Below are positions 1-9,551 of a DNA stretch of 63,923 bases, piece by piece. This DNA comes from an uncultured Clostridia bacterium (GTDB taxonomy: Bacteria; Bacillota; Clostridia; Christensenellales; CAG-314): NCBI GenBank assembly GCA_947625185.1, contig CANQNJ010000003.1:1-63923 (forward strand). The letters are read 5' to 3'. A program made the translations under genes and the position numbers. A model generated the notes under the pieces. That model worked only from the letters and a program-made list of their open reading frames with translations. It had not been told where the DNA came from and did no database searches. How positions within the stretch are numbered: the first letter of the stretch is position 1; each line of letters begins with the position of its first letter.

Positions 1-389
1 GGCGTGATCGCTGACAACGAAAGACTCCACTTCGTATCCGTTATTAGGCGTGACGGTGACCGTGACGGACTCGCCCTCAACATATCCGTCTGCGCTTTCG
101 GGGGCAGAAACATCTACGCTGCCCATAGTTTCGTCGTATTCCGAAACAGTTACTGTATATGTAGAGGGAACATCTATATGAGTCTCGACAAACGTCACCG
201 TGATCGTTACGTTACCCGTAACTTGGAAGGTATAGCTACCCTCGGTCAATACGGCGTCGGCGTGATCGCTGACAACGAAAGACTCCACTTCGTATCCGTT
301 ATTAGGCGTGACGGTGACCGTGACGGACTCGCCCTCAACATATCCGTCTGCGCTTTCGGGGGCAGAAACATCTACGCTGCCCATAGTTT
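1..389. repeat. Tandem direct repeat, period 258 bp (86 codons), inside the partial lipoprotein gene
   Basis: Positions 1-131 and 259-389 are identical by eye. Similarity continues more weakly for about 40 nt further. Confidence 0.9.
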
Positions 390-534
390 TGTCATATTCC
401 GCAACGGTTATGGTATATGTGGCAGGTAGCGGACCGACAGGTTCATCGGGCGTGCAGGCAACAAACGCCGCAGCAACAGATGAAACCAACAAAAGGCAAA
501 CCAAATACATCCAAAATTTGTGCATACGTTTCAT
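1..534 (-). CDS. Surface lipoprotein with tandem InlB-B-repeat-like domains; 5' part only, gene runs off the left edge
   Basis: Hand translation of the minus strand from ATG 534 (second in-frame ATG at 525) gives MKRMHKFWMYLVCLLLVSSVAAAFVACTPDE, a signal peptide plus lipobox Cys. Two ~86-aa repeats follow (TV.EYD.TMGSVDVSAPESADGYVEGESVTVTVTPNNGYEVESFVVSDHA). It is absent from the ORF track because it has no stop inside the window. The listed + ORF 4..429 is its antisense shadow. Confidence 0.75.
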   Translation of the reverse strand, partial: MKRMHKFWMYLVCLLLVSSVAAAFVACTPDEPVGPLPATYTITVAEYDKTMGSVDVSAPESADGYVEGESVTVTVTPNNGYEVESFVVSDHADAVLTEGSYTFQVTGNVTITVTFVETHIDVPSTYTVTVSEYDETMGSVDVSAPESADGYVEGESVTVTVTPNNGYEVESFVVSDHA

Positions 535-666
535 AATTATTTACCTACTAAATCAGTTTATAATAATATCCCATTTTTTGACAAAATAGTCAAGTAAAAT
601 GTCGTATATATTTTGCAATGCGCAATATCTTGTTGCGCCATAGAACCTAACGATAGGTTATTTAAT

Positions 667-693
667 AGGGGGACACAGTAACCATGTCCCCCT
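667..693 (-). terminator. Hairpin downstream of the 1872-aa lipoprotein gene, possible terminator
   Basis: AGGGGGACA (667-675) pairs with TGTCCCCCT (685-693), 9-nt loop. On the minus strand it is followed by A/T-rich sequence but no clean U-run. Confidence 0.4.
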
Positions 694-792
694 AAATTCG
701 ACTTGAAGCCGAATGTCTTTTTGTTTACGCAACCGCTATCGCTTACTTTCGCAATGAGACGAGAATAGCAAGCGTTGTTCTTCACAAGACGG

Positions 793-3700
793 TTAAGCTG
801 CTTTTCTTACAAGGTCAGCCTCAATAGGTTCGTCGAAGAAAACTCTGACGATGTGAATCCCGTTGTCAGTCAACGTCAACGTATAATCGAAAGAGCCTAC
901 GCTGAAAGTGATCGTATTGCCATCGACATTGATATTTGTCGCATCTGTTCCGTTCACTTTGATACCGGTTTCACTAATGGACAGTTCGATATCAAGACTC
1001 AGATCCTCAAACGTGCCTTCCCAATCGCCGATGAAACCTGCGGGTATTCCGAGAGACTCCTCAACGCGATTGAGCGTTACCCTGACTGAATAGTCTGAAC
1101 TCATCATAAAAATCACACTTACGGATCCGTCGTCCGGCGCGTACGTCATATCTTGAATTGTATATACAATGCCTTTGACTTCTATTTCGATATAACCGTC
1201 TTCATCGGTACGGTAAGTCGCAGTAGCCATAACCGTGTCGCCGTCGTCAATGGTAAGATAGACCGCGTCGGCAGTGATCTCCAAGGCGTACTTAGTGCCG
1301 TCGCTTGCTGTTCCTTCATACTCGCCGACGAACTTGGAGGGCCACTCTGTCGAGCCTTGACCTTCTCTCTTGGTAAGGAAAGCTTCGTACCAATCCTCAT
1401 CATAAATACGAAGAGTACCTTGACCTGTCTCGGCAAGCGTATATCCCACTCCATCTACTGTGAATTCCAATTGAAGTCCGAGTTGAAGAGTCTTGACTGT
1501 GATATCAAGCGCCTTAAAAGGTCCGTCCTCTCCGCGGGTAACCCATACCTCATCTTCTGTAATCTGCACATAAATGTAGGTACCGTCGGTATCATCCAGA
1601 TTGCCTTCCCAATCGCCAATCATAGATTGCCATTGAGATACGGAACCCGATTGCTGTCTTTCAAGATAGACGTCAAAGTCGCTTGCGGAGCCGTAATAAA
1701 GCTTCAACTTACCATCAGATTCATCAAGATGCCACGTTTCACCGTTATAACTCCATATCCATCTCACAAGCGCCTTGTTATATTGCCATCTATCATTATC
1801 GGGAGTAACATCGAATTCCACGTCGCCGTAGCTTACATGGAGACTCTGTCTGTCAATAACCACTGTGTAGGTTACGCCGCTCTCGTCGGTAACGGACCAA
1901 GTTCCGAGATAGTCTTCCCATTCGCAAGGAAGTTCCGGTTCGGGGGCGTCTCCCGTCCTTTCAACTCTGACAAAGAAGTTGACTGCGTCGCTCAGATAGA
2001 AGTTTTCGAATGTATCATCCCAGAAGAAGAAATACAAATCCCCGTCGGCGCTCAAAGTGAGTCCTTCGTACATATCCAGGAACAGGACCTTCGCCTCAAA
2101 GCTTTGTCCGTCAATGGTTATAAAGACCTTCTCTTCCGTAATGGTAATTGCATAGTCGGTAAAGTTCTCTACATCGTATCCCTCGTAAACGCCTGCAACA
2201 CAGGACCAATCGAGTTCGTAATAATCAGGCACCAACGTAATACCCTCATCGATTACGCCGTCAATGTACAACGTCAAATAACCTTCACTACAACCAACGA
2301 TCATCTGTGCGTCGTTCTCGCCGAGCTTCATCGTTATCGTGCCGTAAGGAATCTCATAGAAGTAATCCATTGTCCTATAGATACTTTCTATGACGGCGAC
2401 CGTAGACTGAGTGCCGACTGTGACGGTGATGACTCCTTCTTCGGAAATTTCCACTTTGTAGGAAACGCCGTTGCTGTCTTCACCGAAAAACTCTGCGGGC
2501 AGATACGAGAAGATATCGTCAAGTTCAACGTCTTCCGAGTACTCTTTCCACAAATACGTCACACGGACCCTCGTTGCCATGTCGAACATTGCAATCGCCG
2601 TACCGTCGGAGTTGGCATACTGCAACTGATACAAAGCGGAATCGATCTGAATTCGCAAAATCAGCGTGTTATTGGATTCGCTTAATCCGTAATTATATAC
2701 CGAGCCAATCTGTTGTCCCTGAGCGGTGACAAGCACTACTTGTCCGTTTGCCGCAACAGCTAAAATGTGACTATGGGTAGCATAACCGTAGGCTGTGCCG
2801 CTGTTCCAAATACCGAGGTATTCGCCAAAATCGCAATGTACAAACTGCAACGGTTCTGAAAGCATTTCGCTTGCAAGAGTGAGAACGCCATCTTCCAAAG
2901 TGAGCGTGAAGTCTATACCGCCCCAAGTGAACGAGTATCCGGCGTCTGTCTTGGAAACATCTTCCGCAGCTAAATCGCTGATAACAATGTTGTCCGCATC
3001 AATCACCGCGACATACTCACCGAATACTGTATACCAAGTTCCTTGATACTCGGGAGTGATCAAACCGGATTTGTAAAGCGTTGCCAAGGAGTAACCCGTG
3101 GAACCGTACAAATGCACAAGTCCGTCTCTTGCAACCTGAATATAATAAATCTCACCGTTTACCGAGAGAGTAAATCCGTCTACGTCGTCATATACGAGAA
3201 CAATAGCCTCTACAGCCTCGCCCTCGCCGACAGCAAGAGTAACTTGGTCGGCGGTGATATTCACCGCATATTTGACGTTGGAGGTACTCGTTCCCGACCA
3301 TTCGCCGATAAACGAAGACCAATCTGCCGAATAACCTACTTTTCCGAGGTAAACGGGCGAACCGAGCGCGGCTGTGTTGTACACGATGAAACCGCCTTCG
3401 TAAGGAACGATCACGCCGAATACGCCGTCCACCGTGAACTCGAAGCGAACGAAGAATTCTTCATTATCAGTGTCCACAACCCACAGCAAGAGCGCGTCGA
3501 GAGACTGTTCGTCCTCGCCAATGGTAAGCGTTACCGATTTGTCGGCAGCGGAGATGACTATTGAATACTCAACTCCTTGCTCGTCAAAGCCGCGGAATGT
3601 TCCTTCGCAATCGCTCCAATCGGATACGACTTGTTGAAGAGCCACTATTTCTTCGGGAGTTTGATAATCTTCCGGAGCCAAGAACAGCATCTTGCCTTCG

Positions 3701-6411
3701 TAGCTGCCGTAAGTCTCCATCAAATAGCTCTTATTGTTATAGGTAAAGGAGAATGAGAAAACAACATCAAAAATCTCCCAATCAAGTCCCGTACCGAATT
3801 CAATATCCGTTACGGCAACAGGCTCACCGCCGTCAACGGTTATCATGATGCCCTTGAAGGTAATGTCTACAAGATAACTTTCGCCGCTATCCGCTTCACC
3901 GTAATAAGAACCAAAGAGGATGCCCCAATTGCACTGTGCAAGTTCTACGGGGATTATACCGCCTAAGTAACAATAGAACGTACCGTCTTCATCGAATGCA
4001 AATACAAATTCCGCATTGTCGAGGAAAACAGAGTAGCCGCCTTCGACCTCTTCGGATTCGGTCAACTTGCCGCTGTATTCTTCACCTTCGATATACGCGG
4101 TGACTGTGCCGTCAATGGTGATTTCAAATTCATATGCGCCGGTTTCATCCGTCCAGACGCCCACCATTTCCACAGGAACGGCTCCCTCGACCTCCGACGC
4201 GGGGATTTCGAAGGGCAACGTAGTGCTATTCCAACCGCTGAACGTTACTTCGACATGTTCGCCGTCGGACGTGTCAAATACCACCGTGGCGATATTGCCC
4301 TCTTCGTCAAGGGTTATCGTGAGGCTGCCTGCATAATCAAACAAACCTTGCAGAGCGAGTGGTACGGGGTAAGCCATATAGCAAACGCCGATATAATCGC
4401 CGTATTCATCCAGATAGGATGTGAGCATATAACTGTCTATGAAGCGATATCTGTATGTGTTGTCGTCAACCTTCTCCATCATGGAGAGATTGAAGTCACC
4501 AAACTGTGCCAGACACTCCGCAAAAGCGTAGTAATATTGTTCGCCCGTCGTAAATGTTTCGTCTTCGTAAGTAAACTCCCAACAGCTGCCGTCTGCGCGT
4601 TTAAATACGCCGGACGAGAGCATATCGTCATAGATTGCCTGGGCGGTTACAAGCTCATTGCCTTCGTCCGTCTGTTCGGAACCGTTCTCATCGTAATAGG
4701 TGTAGGAATAGCTTGCCTTGTAACTTGTGGCGGAAGCAGCTTTGTTGAATGCGGCTGCAAGATCCGCGTCGGCAATGTCTTCCGAATAGTCGTCCAACCA
4801 CTCAGCGGGGATAACGTCCGTACCGAGTGTGAATACATATGTAGAATTGAATACGACTCCGTCGTCCGATTCTTCATCGGCGGTGACAATTTCGAGTTTG
4901 ACAAAAGTTCCGTCCTCTTCATAGAGTCTGAGAGAAGCAATCTCCGCGTCGAAGCCCGTCAAACGGTAGAAGATATCCACCGCAGTCTCTTGGTCGGTTA
5001 TCTCCCAAACGCCGTCTTCCACAAATGTAAAGTCTGTCCCTAAAACGCCGTCAAAGGGATTGGTTACATCTTCAAAAGGAATAGGTGCATCGTCGATCGT
5101 GATGAAGAACCAAGTTATACTACCTTCAACGTCGTGCGTAACAGCAGCGACCGTGCCGTCATATTCTTCATAACCAGGAAAACCCGACGCGTCAAACGGA
5201 ACGGCAAGTAGCACATATGCCGGTTGTCCCTCATAGAGCATCTCCCAATAGACAGCTTCCTGATCGTCATCGAAGATAACGCGCAAAGAATACACGTCGT
5301 CGTCAAGTTCACCTGCTCTGTCGCTATCTGTTCTGCTGCCCGTCAAGCTGAGAGAGCCGCTTAATGATTGAAGCAGGTCGGCGCTGATAACCTTCTTGTT
5401 GGCATAGAGAACGACTTCGGTATCCTCAGTTGCCGTGAACGTATAGCTGCCCTCTACGATCTGTTCGGGGTCGACGTCATCGTCGTTGATCGCCAATGTC
5501 TCAAAGTCGTAGGCATCATCGACCTCAAAGGAGATCGTGACTTCGTCGCCGGCATAGTACTTGCCGTTGTGAGTGGGATCGCTGAGCGTGACGGTGCCGC
5601 TGCCCTCGGTGAATACGCTTGCGGTAACTTCTACCACTTTGCCGAGAGTTACGACAAACTCGGTGTTGCCGCTGACCGTGACTTCGTAATCGCCGTCGTC
5701 GTTAGCATTGACTGCCTGACCGCCCACCTTGACGCTTTCCAACACGTAGCCCTCTTTGACAGTAACGGACAGAGTGACCGTGTCGCCGTTCTTGGCAGAC
5801 GTGGAGCTTAACGAGAGTTCTGCGCCGTCCTCATAGTTGACGGACGCGCTTACCGCAAATACGGTCTGCTCGAACTCTACCGCAAGCGTTGTAGCCTCGG
5901 ATACGGTAAACTCGTACTTGCCGTCGCTATTGGGCGTGATATCGCTGCCGTTTGCCTTGACGGACTTGACGGCAAAGTTTGCTGCGGGAGTAACCGTCGC
6001 AACGACCTTGGTGTCCTCGAAATAAGCATCCTGCTGCGGATCGAGAGACACCGTGCCGCCTTCTTCGGGCGTCTTGGTGATGGTTACTGCATAAGTATTG
6101 ATTTGTTTCCACTGAGCAGTGAGCGTTGTGTCGGATTCGGGCATCTGATATTCCGAACCGGCTGCCAACTTGTCGCTGCCCCAACCGTCAAATTCCCAAC
6201 CGTCTTCGGCATCGGGAGCTTGCGGCAATGTGATTGTTTCGCCGGGCGCGAGAGTCTGCTTATCCGGGACTTGCGCACCGCTTGCTGCGTGATCGCCGAG
6301 AGCAAAAGTAAGCTCGTACTTGCTTTCGCACGCAGAAACAACCAACAAGGTACTTGCCACTAACAGCGCAATGCACAGTATGGCAACAATCAGCCTTCTT
6401 GTACGTTTCAT
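793..6411 (-). CDS. Giant acidic cell-surface lipoprotein (1872 aa): InlB-B/Listeria-Bacteroides repeats plus an array of uncharacterised modules
   Basis: N-terminus MKRTRRLIVAILCIALLVASTLLVVSAC is a signal peptide plus lipobox. One classical Listeria-Bacteroides repeat follows (YELTF..GWEFDGW..LTAQW), then three divergent InlB-B-type repeats and a ~400-aa unique region. After that come at least 10 degenerate 90-110-aa modules that open with hydrophobic-G-x-W/Y (MVGVWTDE, FIGEWSGT, YQGTWYTV, YLGTWSVT, MIGDWEGN, FVGEYEGT, FIGDWEGT). RBS GGAGGG lies 6 nt upstream of the ATG. Confidence 0.9.
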   Translation of the reverse strand: MKRTRRLIVAILCIALLVASTLLVVSACESKYELTFALGDHAASGAQVPDKQTLAPGETITLPQAPDAEDGWEFDGWGSDKLAAGSEYQMPESDTTLTAQWKQINTYAVTITKTPEEGGTVSLDPQQDAYFEDTKVVATVTPAANFAVKSVKANGSDITPNSDGKYEFTVSEATTLAVEFEQTVFAVSASVNYEDGAELSLSSTSAKNGDTVTLSVTVKEGYVLESVKVGGQAVNANDDGDYEVTVSGNTEFVVTLGKVVEVTASVFTEGSGTVTLSDPTHNGKYYAGDEVTISFEVDDAYDFETLAINDDDVDPEQIVEGSYTFTATEDTEVVLYANKKVISADLLQSLSGSLSLTGSRTDSDRAGELDDDVYSLRVIFDDDQEAVYWEMLYEGQPAYVLLAVPFDASGFPGYEEYDGTVAAVTHDVEGSITWFFITIDDAPIPFEDVTNPFDGVLGTDFTFVEDGVWEITDQETAVDIFYRLTGFDAEIASLRLYEEDGTFVKLEIVTADEESDDGVVFNSTYVFTLGTDVIPAEWLDDYSEDIADADLAAAFNKAASATSYKASYSYTYYDENGSEQTDEGNELVTAQAIYDDMLSSGVFKRADGSCWEFTYEDETFTTGEQYYYAFAECLAQFGDFNLSMMEKVDDNTYRYRFIDSYMLTSYLDEYGDYIGVCYMAYPVPLALQGLFDYAGSLTITLDEEGNIATVVFDTSDGEHVEVTFSGWNSTTLPFEIPASEVEGAVPVEMVGVWTDETGAYEFEITIDGTVTAYIEGEEYSGKLTESEEVEGGYSVFLDNAEFVFAFDEDGTFYCYLGGIIPVELAQCNWGILFGSYYGEADSGESYLVDITFKGIMITVDGGEPVAVTDIEFGTGLDWEIFDVVFSFSFTYNNKSYLMETYGSYEGKMLFLAPEDYQTPEEIVALQQVVSDWSDCEGTFRGFDEQGVEYSIVISAADKSVTLTIGEDEQSLDALLLWVVDTDNEEFFVRFEFTVDGVFGVIVPYEGGFIVYNTAALGSPVYLGKVGYSADWSSFIGEWSGTSTSNVKYAVNITADQVTLAVGEGEAVEAIVLVYDDVDGFTLSVNGEIYYIQVARDGLVHLYGSTGYSLATLYKSGLITPEYQGTWYTVFGEYVAVIDADNIVISDLAAEDVSKTDAGYSFTWGGIDFTLTLEDGVLTLASEMLSEPLQFVHCDFGEYLGIWNSGTAYGYATHSHILAVAANGQVVLVTAQGQQIGSVYNYGLSESNNTLILRIQIDSALYQLQYANSDGTAIAMFDMATRVRVTYLWKEYSEDVELDDIFSYLPAEFFGEDSNGVSYKVEISEEGVITVTVGTQSTVAVIESIYRTMDYFYEIPYGTITMKLGENDAQMIVGCSEGYLTLYIDGVIDEGITLVPDYYELDWSCVAGVYEGYDVENFTDYAITITEEKVFITIDGQSFEAKVLFLDMYEGLTLSADGDLYFFFWDDTFENFYLSDAVNFFVRVERTGDAPEPELPCEWEDYLGTWSVTDESGVTYTVVIDRQSLHVSYGDVEFDVTPDNDRWQYNKALVRWIWSYNGETWHLDESDGKLKLYYGSASDFDVYLERQQSGSVSQWQSMIGDWEGNLDDTDGTYIYVQITEDEVWVTRGEDGPFKALDITVKTLQLGLQLEFTVDGVGYTLAETGQGTLRIYDEDWYEAFLTKREGQGSTEWPSKFVGEYEGTASDGTKYALEITADAVYLTIDDGDTVMATATYRTDEDGYIEIEVKGIVYTIQDMTYAPDDGSVSVIFMMSSDYSVRVTLNRVEESLGIPAGFIGDWEGTFEDLSLDIELSISETGIKVNGTDATNINVDGNTITFSVGSFDYTLTLTDNGIHIVRVFFDEPIEADLVRKAA

Positions 6412-6514
6412 AATGTACCCTCCTGATAGGTATTTGTTTACAATTGACGTCTGGCGAATTCCGTTCCACCGCTTGTGGATAGAATTTCACTACTAAAAAT
6501 TGTAATTTAGAGAC

Positions 6515-6523
6515 ATTTTACCA
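6515..6523 (-). promoter_or_regulatory. Candidate extended -10 promoter (TGgTAAAAT) for the 1872-aa lipoprotein gene
   Basis: The minus strand reads gTGgTAAAATg about 100 nt upstream of the start. The paralog at 19753 has TGtTAAAAT at a similar distance and shares an AATTGT.AA.AAATAC leader block. Confidence 0.4.
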
Positions 6524-6603
6524 CTTTATATGGCATTTAGTAAAGCAAATAGAGCCAAAAAATGAAATTTTTACAAAAAAATAATGCAAATCAAAACAAA
6601 AAC

Positions 6604-7124
6604 CAGTCGCATCGGGCATTCCAAGCAAAAAGGAAGTCGCTCGTATGTCTCCTGCAAAAAGGCTTCACGTCGCGCATTATTAAAGGCGCCCCTTCAAGCG
6701 GAAGCGGAGCCTTTTATCACTGTTGTAGACTTTATTTCAATAAAAGACTGTCCCCGTCACGGGCAAACCGTTACGGGGAAAGTGGCGCCCAAAGGGCGAC
6801 GAAAGAGGGATATACAAAACAAGCTTATTCCTTGTAACCCTCTTCCACCGCAAGCGGTCCCCCTTCCCCGAAAGTCTCGCTAACGCTTTCGACTGTCGGG
6901 GACGGTTTTATAGATATATATATTTATCCTAAGGTAAGTACTGTTAAGAAACAAGCTGTTGTAACTAATGCTCGACCGCAACTTGCGACGCAGTCGCAAA
7001 CTTCACTTCGGCGTTAGCCGAAACTTCACTCACCGCAAGGTTAACTTCACTTGCACGTAGTGCAAACTTCACCTTTCTCCGCGGGCGGTCCCCGTCCCCG
7101 TCACGGGCAAGCCGTTACGGGGAC
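6604..7124. repeat. Intergenic mosaic A of hairpin-rich repeat modules
   Basis: Contains AGTCGCATCGGGCATTCCAAGCAAAAAGG (compare 25525 and 36396). CCCCGTCACGGGCAA(A/G)CCGTTACGGGG occurs twice (6752-6778 and 7098-7124). An inverted family-1 unit lies at 6838-6912 (TTCCACCGCAAGCGGTCCCCCTTCC..GGGGACGGTTTTATA). The ACTTCAC hairpin array lies at 6981-7072. Confidence 0.8.
6981..7072. repeat. Tandem array of four 21-23-nt units, each a short hairpin followed by AACTTCAC
   Basis: Units read TTGCGAC-gca-GTCGCAA-ACTTCAC, TTCGGC-gtta-GCCGAA-ACTTCAC, a degenerate unit, and TTGCAC-gta-GTGCAA-ACTTCAC. The AACTTCAC copies start at 6999, 7022, 7043 and 7065. Stems differ in sequence but stay paired. Confidence 0.85.
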
Positions 7125-7159
7125 AGTTGTTTATATAAAATCAATATAAACAGTGAATA

Positions 7160-8722
7160 CTACAAAACACCTTTTTTTACTTGGAGCAGTACCTTGCCCG
7201 TCATCTCCGCGGGAATGGGCTCTCCCATAACGTACAGCATCGTGGGCGCGATATCGCACAGATTGCCCTCGACGAGACTTGCCTTGCCGCGCAGATCCTC
7301 ATCCACCAAGATGAAAGGCACCTTGTTGGTGGTATGCGCGGTAAACGGCTTGCCGTCCTCGTCCAACATCTTCTCCGCGTTGCCGTGGTCGGCGGTTACG
7401 AACGCTCTGCCGCCGTTGGACAGAATACATTCCACCACCTTGCGCACGCACTCGTCTACGGTGGCAACAGCCTTCTCCGTGGCGGGGATAACGCCCGTGT
7501 GACCGACCATATCGCAGTTGGCATAGTTGAGGATCATCACGTCGTACTTGCCCTTCTCTATCTCCGCAACGGCGCGGCTGCACACTTCTTCGGCGGACAT
7601 CTCCGGTTGAAGATCGTACGTCGCCACCTTGGGAGAGGCAACGAGAATTCGGCTCTCGTTGTCGTTGGGAGCCTCGACGCCGCCGTTGAAGAAGAATGTG
7701 ACGTGAGCGTACTTCTCCGTCTCGGCGATACGCAGCTGAGTCTTGCCGAGCTTGGCAAGATATTCTCCGAGAGTGTTGACATAAGTCTCGGGGCGATAGG
7801 CTATATCTACCCCCGTAAACTTCTCGTCGTATTGCGTCATACATACCCAATGGACGTGACGCTGCTTTCCGTGCAGACCGAAGCCGTCGAAGCCGCTTTG
7901 CGTAAAGGCGCGGGTCATCTCGCGGGCGCGGTCGGGACGGAAATTGAAGAATATGACGCTGTCGCCGTTCTCTATCGTTGCAACGGGGCTGCCGTCGGCG
8001 TGTGTAATGACGCAGGGCAGGACAAATTCGTCCGTGACGCCCTGTTCGTAACTTGCTTGCAGCGCCGCAACGGGATCGACGGATCTGTTGTCGCAGTTGC
8101 CGAGCAACATATCGTACGCTTTCTCCACGCGGTCCCAACGGTTGTCGCGATCCATAGCATAGTATCTGCCGCATACCGTGGCGATCTCGCCGAAGTTAAG
8201 CTCCGACATCTTGCGTTGCAGCTGCTCCACAAAGCCCGCGCCGCTTGTCGGAGACACGTCTCTGCCGTCCATATAACAGTGGACATATACGTTATCCAAC
8301 CCCTCGCGCTTGGCAAGCTCTATCAGAGCGTACAAATGCGTGATGTGAGAGTGGACGCCGCCGTTGCTGCACAATCCCATAAGGTGCAACTTGCCGCCGT
8401 TCTTCTTGGCGGAGGCTATCGCGTCGATAAACGCGGGATTGGAGAAGAAATCTCCGTCCTCTATGGACTTGGTGATACGGGTAAGCTCCTGATAGATAAC
8501 CCGTCCCGCGCCGATATTGAGGTGCCCCACCTCGCTGTTGCCCATCTGTCCCTCGGGCAGACCGACCGCGAGACCGCTTGCATTGAGGGTCGTCGTGGGA
8601 TATGTGTGCATAAGATAACGCACATACGGGGAGCACTCCACGCCTATTGCGTTGCCTTTCGCTTCCTTGGACAGACCGTAGCCGTCCATTATGATGAGCG
8701 CAGTGATTTGTTTGTCGTTCAT
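7160..8722 (-). CDS. gpmI: 2,3-bisphosphoglycerate-independent phosphoglycerate mutase
   Basis: 520 aa with MDGYG..GNSEVGHLNIGAGR..GGVHSH..YMDGRD..ADHGNAE motifs typical of iPGM. Last gene of the pgk-tpiA-gpmI string. Confidence 0.95.
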   Translation of the reverse strand: MNDKQITALIIMDGYGLSKEAKGNAIGVECSPYVRYLMHTYPTTTLNASGLAVGLPEGQMGNSEVGHLNIGAGRVIYQELTRITKSIEDGDFFSNPAFIDAIASAKKNGGKLHLMGLCSNGGVHSHITHLYALIELAKREGLDNVYVHCYMDGRDVSPTSGAGFVEQLQRKMSELNFGEIATVCGRYYAMDRDNRWDRVEKAYDMLLGNCDNRSVDPVAALQASYEQGVTDEFVLPCVITHADGSPVATIENGDSVIFFNFRPDRAREMTRAFTQSGFDGFGLHGKQRHVHWVCMTQYDEKFTGVDIAYRPETYVNTLGEYLAKLGKTQLRIAETEKYAHVTFFFNGGVEAPNDNESRILVASPKVATYDLQPEMSAEEVCSRAVAEIEKGKYDVMILNYANCDMVGHTGVIPATEKAVATVDECVRKVVECILSNGGRAFVTADHGNAEKMLDEDGKPFTAHTTNKVPFILVDEDLRGKASLVEGNLCDIAPTMLYVMGEPIPAEMTGKVLLQVKKGVL

Positions 8723-8791
8723 AAATTAAATCCTTCTTGCGCCTGAGCGCAATTGCAACGGCTGCGCATATGCGCAACCGCAATAATGTTG

Positions 8792-9541
8792 TCAGTGAGC
8801 GTGTACTATCGCCGCAAATTTGCTTGCGACAAGGCTTGCGCCGCCTATAAGCCCGCCGTCCACATCGGACATTGCAAGCAATCCCGCCGCGTTGCCCTCG
8901 TTCATACTGCCGCCGTATTGGATATACAGCGCGTCCGCAGCCGCCTTGCCGTACTTGCGCGCAAATACGCCGCGTATGTATCCGATGGCTTCGTTGGCTT
9001 GTTCGTCCGTTGCCGTGACCCCTGTGCCGATAGCCCAGACGGGTTCGTAAGCGACGATCATACGAGACAATTCTTCCTCGGAGATATCCTTGAAGCCCTC
9101 CGTCACCTGACGGGTGAGTACCTCTTCCGTCCTGCCGTCGTTGCGCTCTTGGAGCGTCTCGCCTATGCAAACGATGGGTTTGAGCCCCGCGGCGAGGGCG
9201 GCTTTGGCGCGGGCAAGCACCGTTGCGTCCGTCTCTCCGAAATAGGTGCGGCGTTCGCTGTGTCCGATAACGACGTATTCGACGCCCGATTCTCTCAGCA
9301 TCGAGGGAGCTATCTCGCCGGTAAAGGCGCCCGACTCCTTCCAATGACAGTTCTGTGCGCCGACGTGTATGTTGGTGCCGCGCGTCAACTCCGCCGCGAC
9401 TTGCAGATCGGTATAGGGCACGCAGATTATCACCGTATTGCGCGTATCCGCCACAAGGGGGATAAGCTCCCTTATAAGGGTTTCCGCTTCGGCGCGGGTC
9501 TTGTTCATTTTCCAATTTCCTGCGATAATTTTGTTTTTCAT
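8792..9541 (-). CDS. tpiA: Triosephosphate isomerase
   Basis: 249 aa with AGNWKMN..GHSERR..AYEPVWAIGTG..YGGS motifs. Confidence 0.95.
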   Translation of the reverse strand: MKNKIIAGNWKMNKTRAEAETLIRELIPLVADTRNTVIICVPYTDLQVAAELTRGTNIHVGAQNCHWKESGAFTGEIAPSMLRESGVEYVVIGHSERRTYFGETDATVLARAKAALAAGLKPIVCIGETLQERNDGRTEEVLTRQVTEGFKDISEEELSRMIVAYEPVWAIGTGVTATDEQANEAIGYIRGVFARKYGKAAADALYIQYGGSMNEGNAAGLLAMSDVDGGLIGGASLVASKFAAIVHAH

Positions 9542-9551
9542 ATTTCTTCCG

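Noticed and set aside
1153-2685. Long + strand ORFs (510 aa here, also 4255..5043, 5368..5811 and others) inside the 1872-aa lipoprotein gene
   Set aside because: They are antisense shadows of a gene rich in GAN/GTN/ACN codons. They have no RBS, the translations are low-complexity, and the minus strand has a coherent signal peptide and repeat architecture.
6562-6883. ORFs 6562..6837 and 6584..6883 (+) in the spacer upstream of the 1872-aa gene
   Set aside because: They run through the repeat mosaic, lack an RBS, and give basic low-complexity translations. I treat them as non-coding repeat DNA.
6981-7072. Could the tandem hairpin units be a CRISPR array?
   Set aside because: The units are contiguous (21-23 nt) with no spacers, the repeat cores differ from one another, and no cas genes lie in the window.
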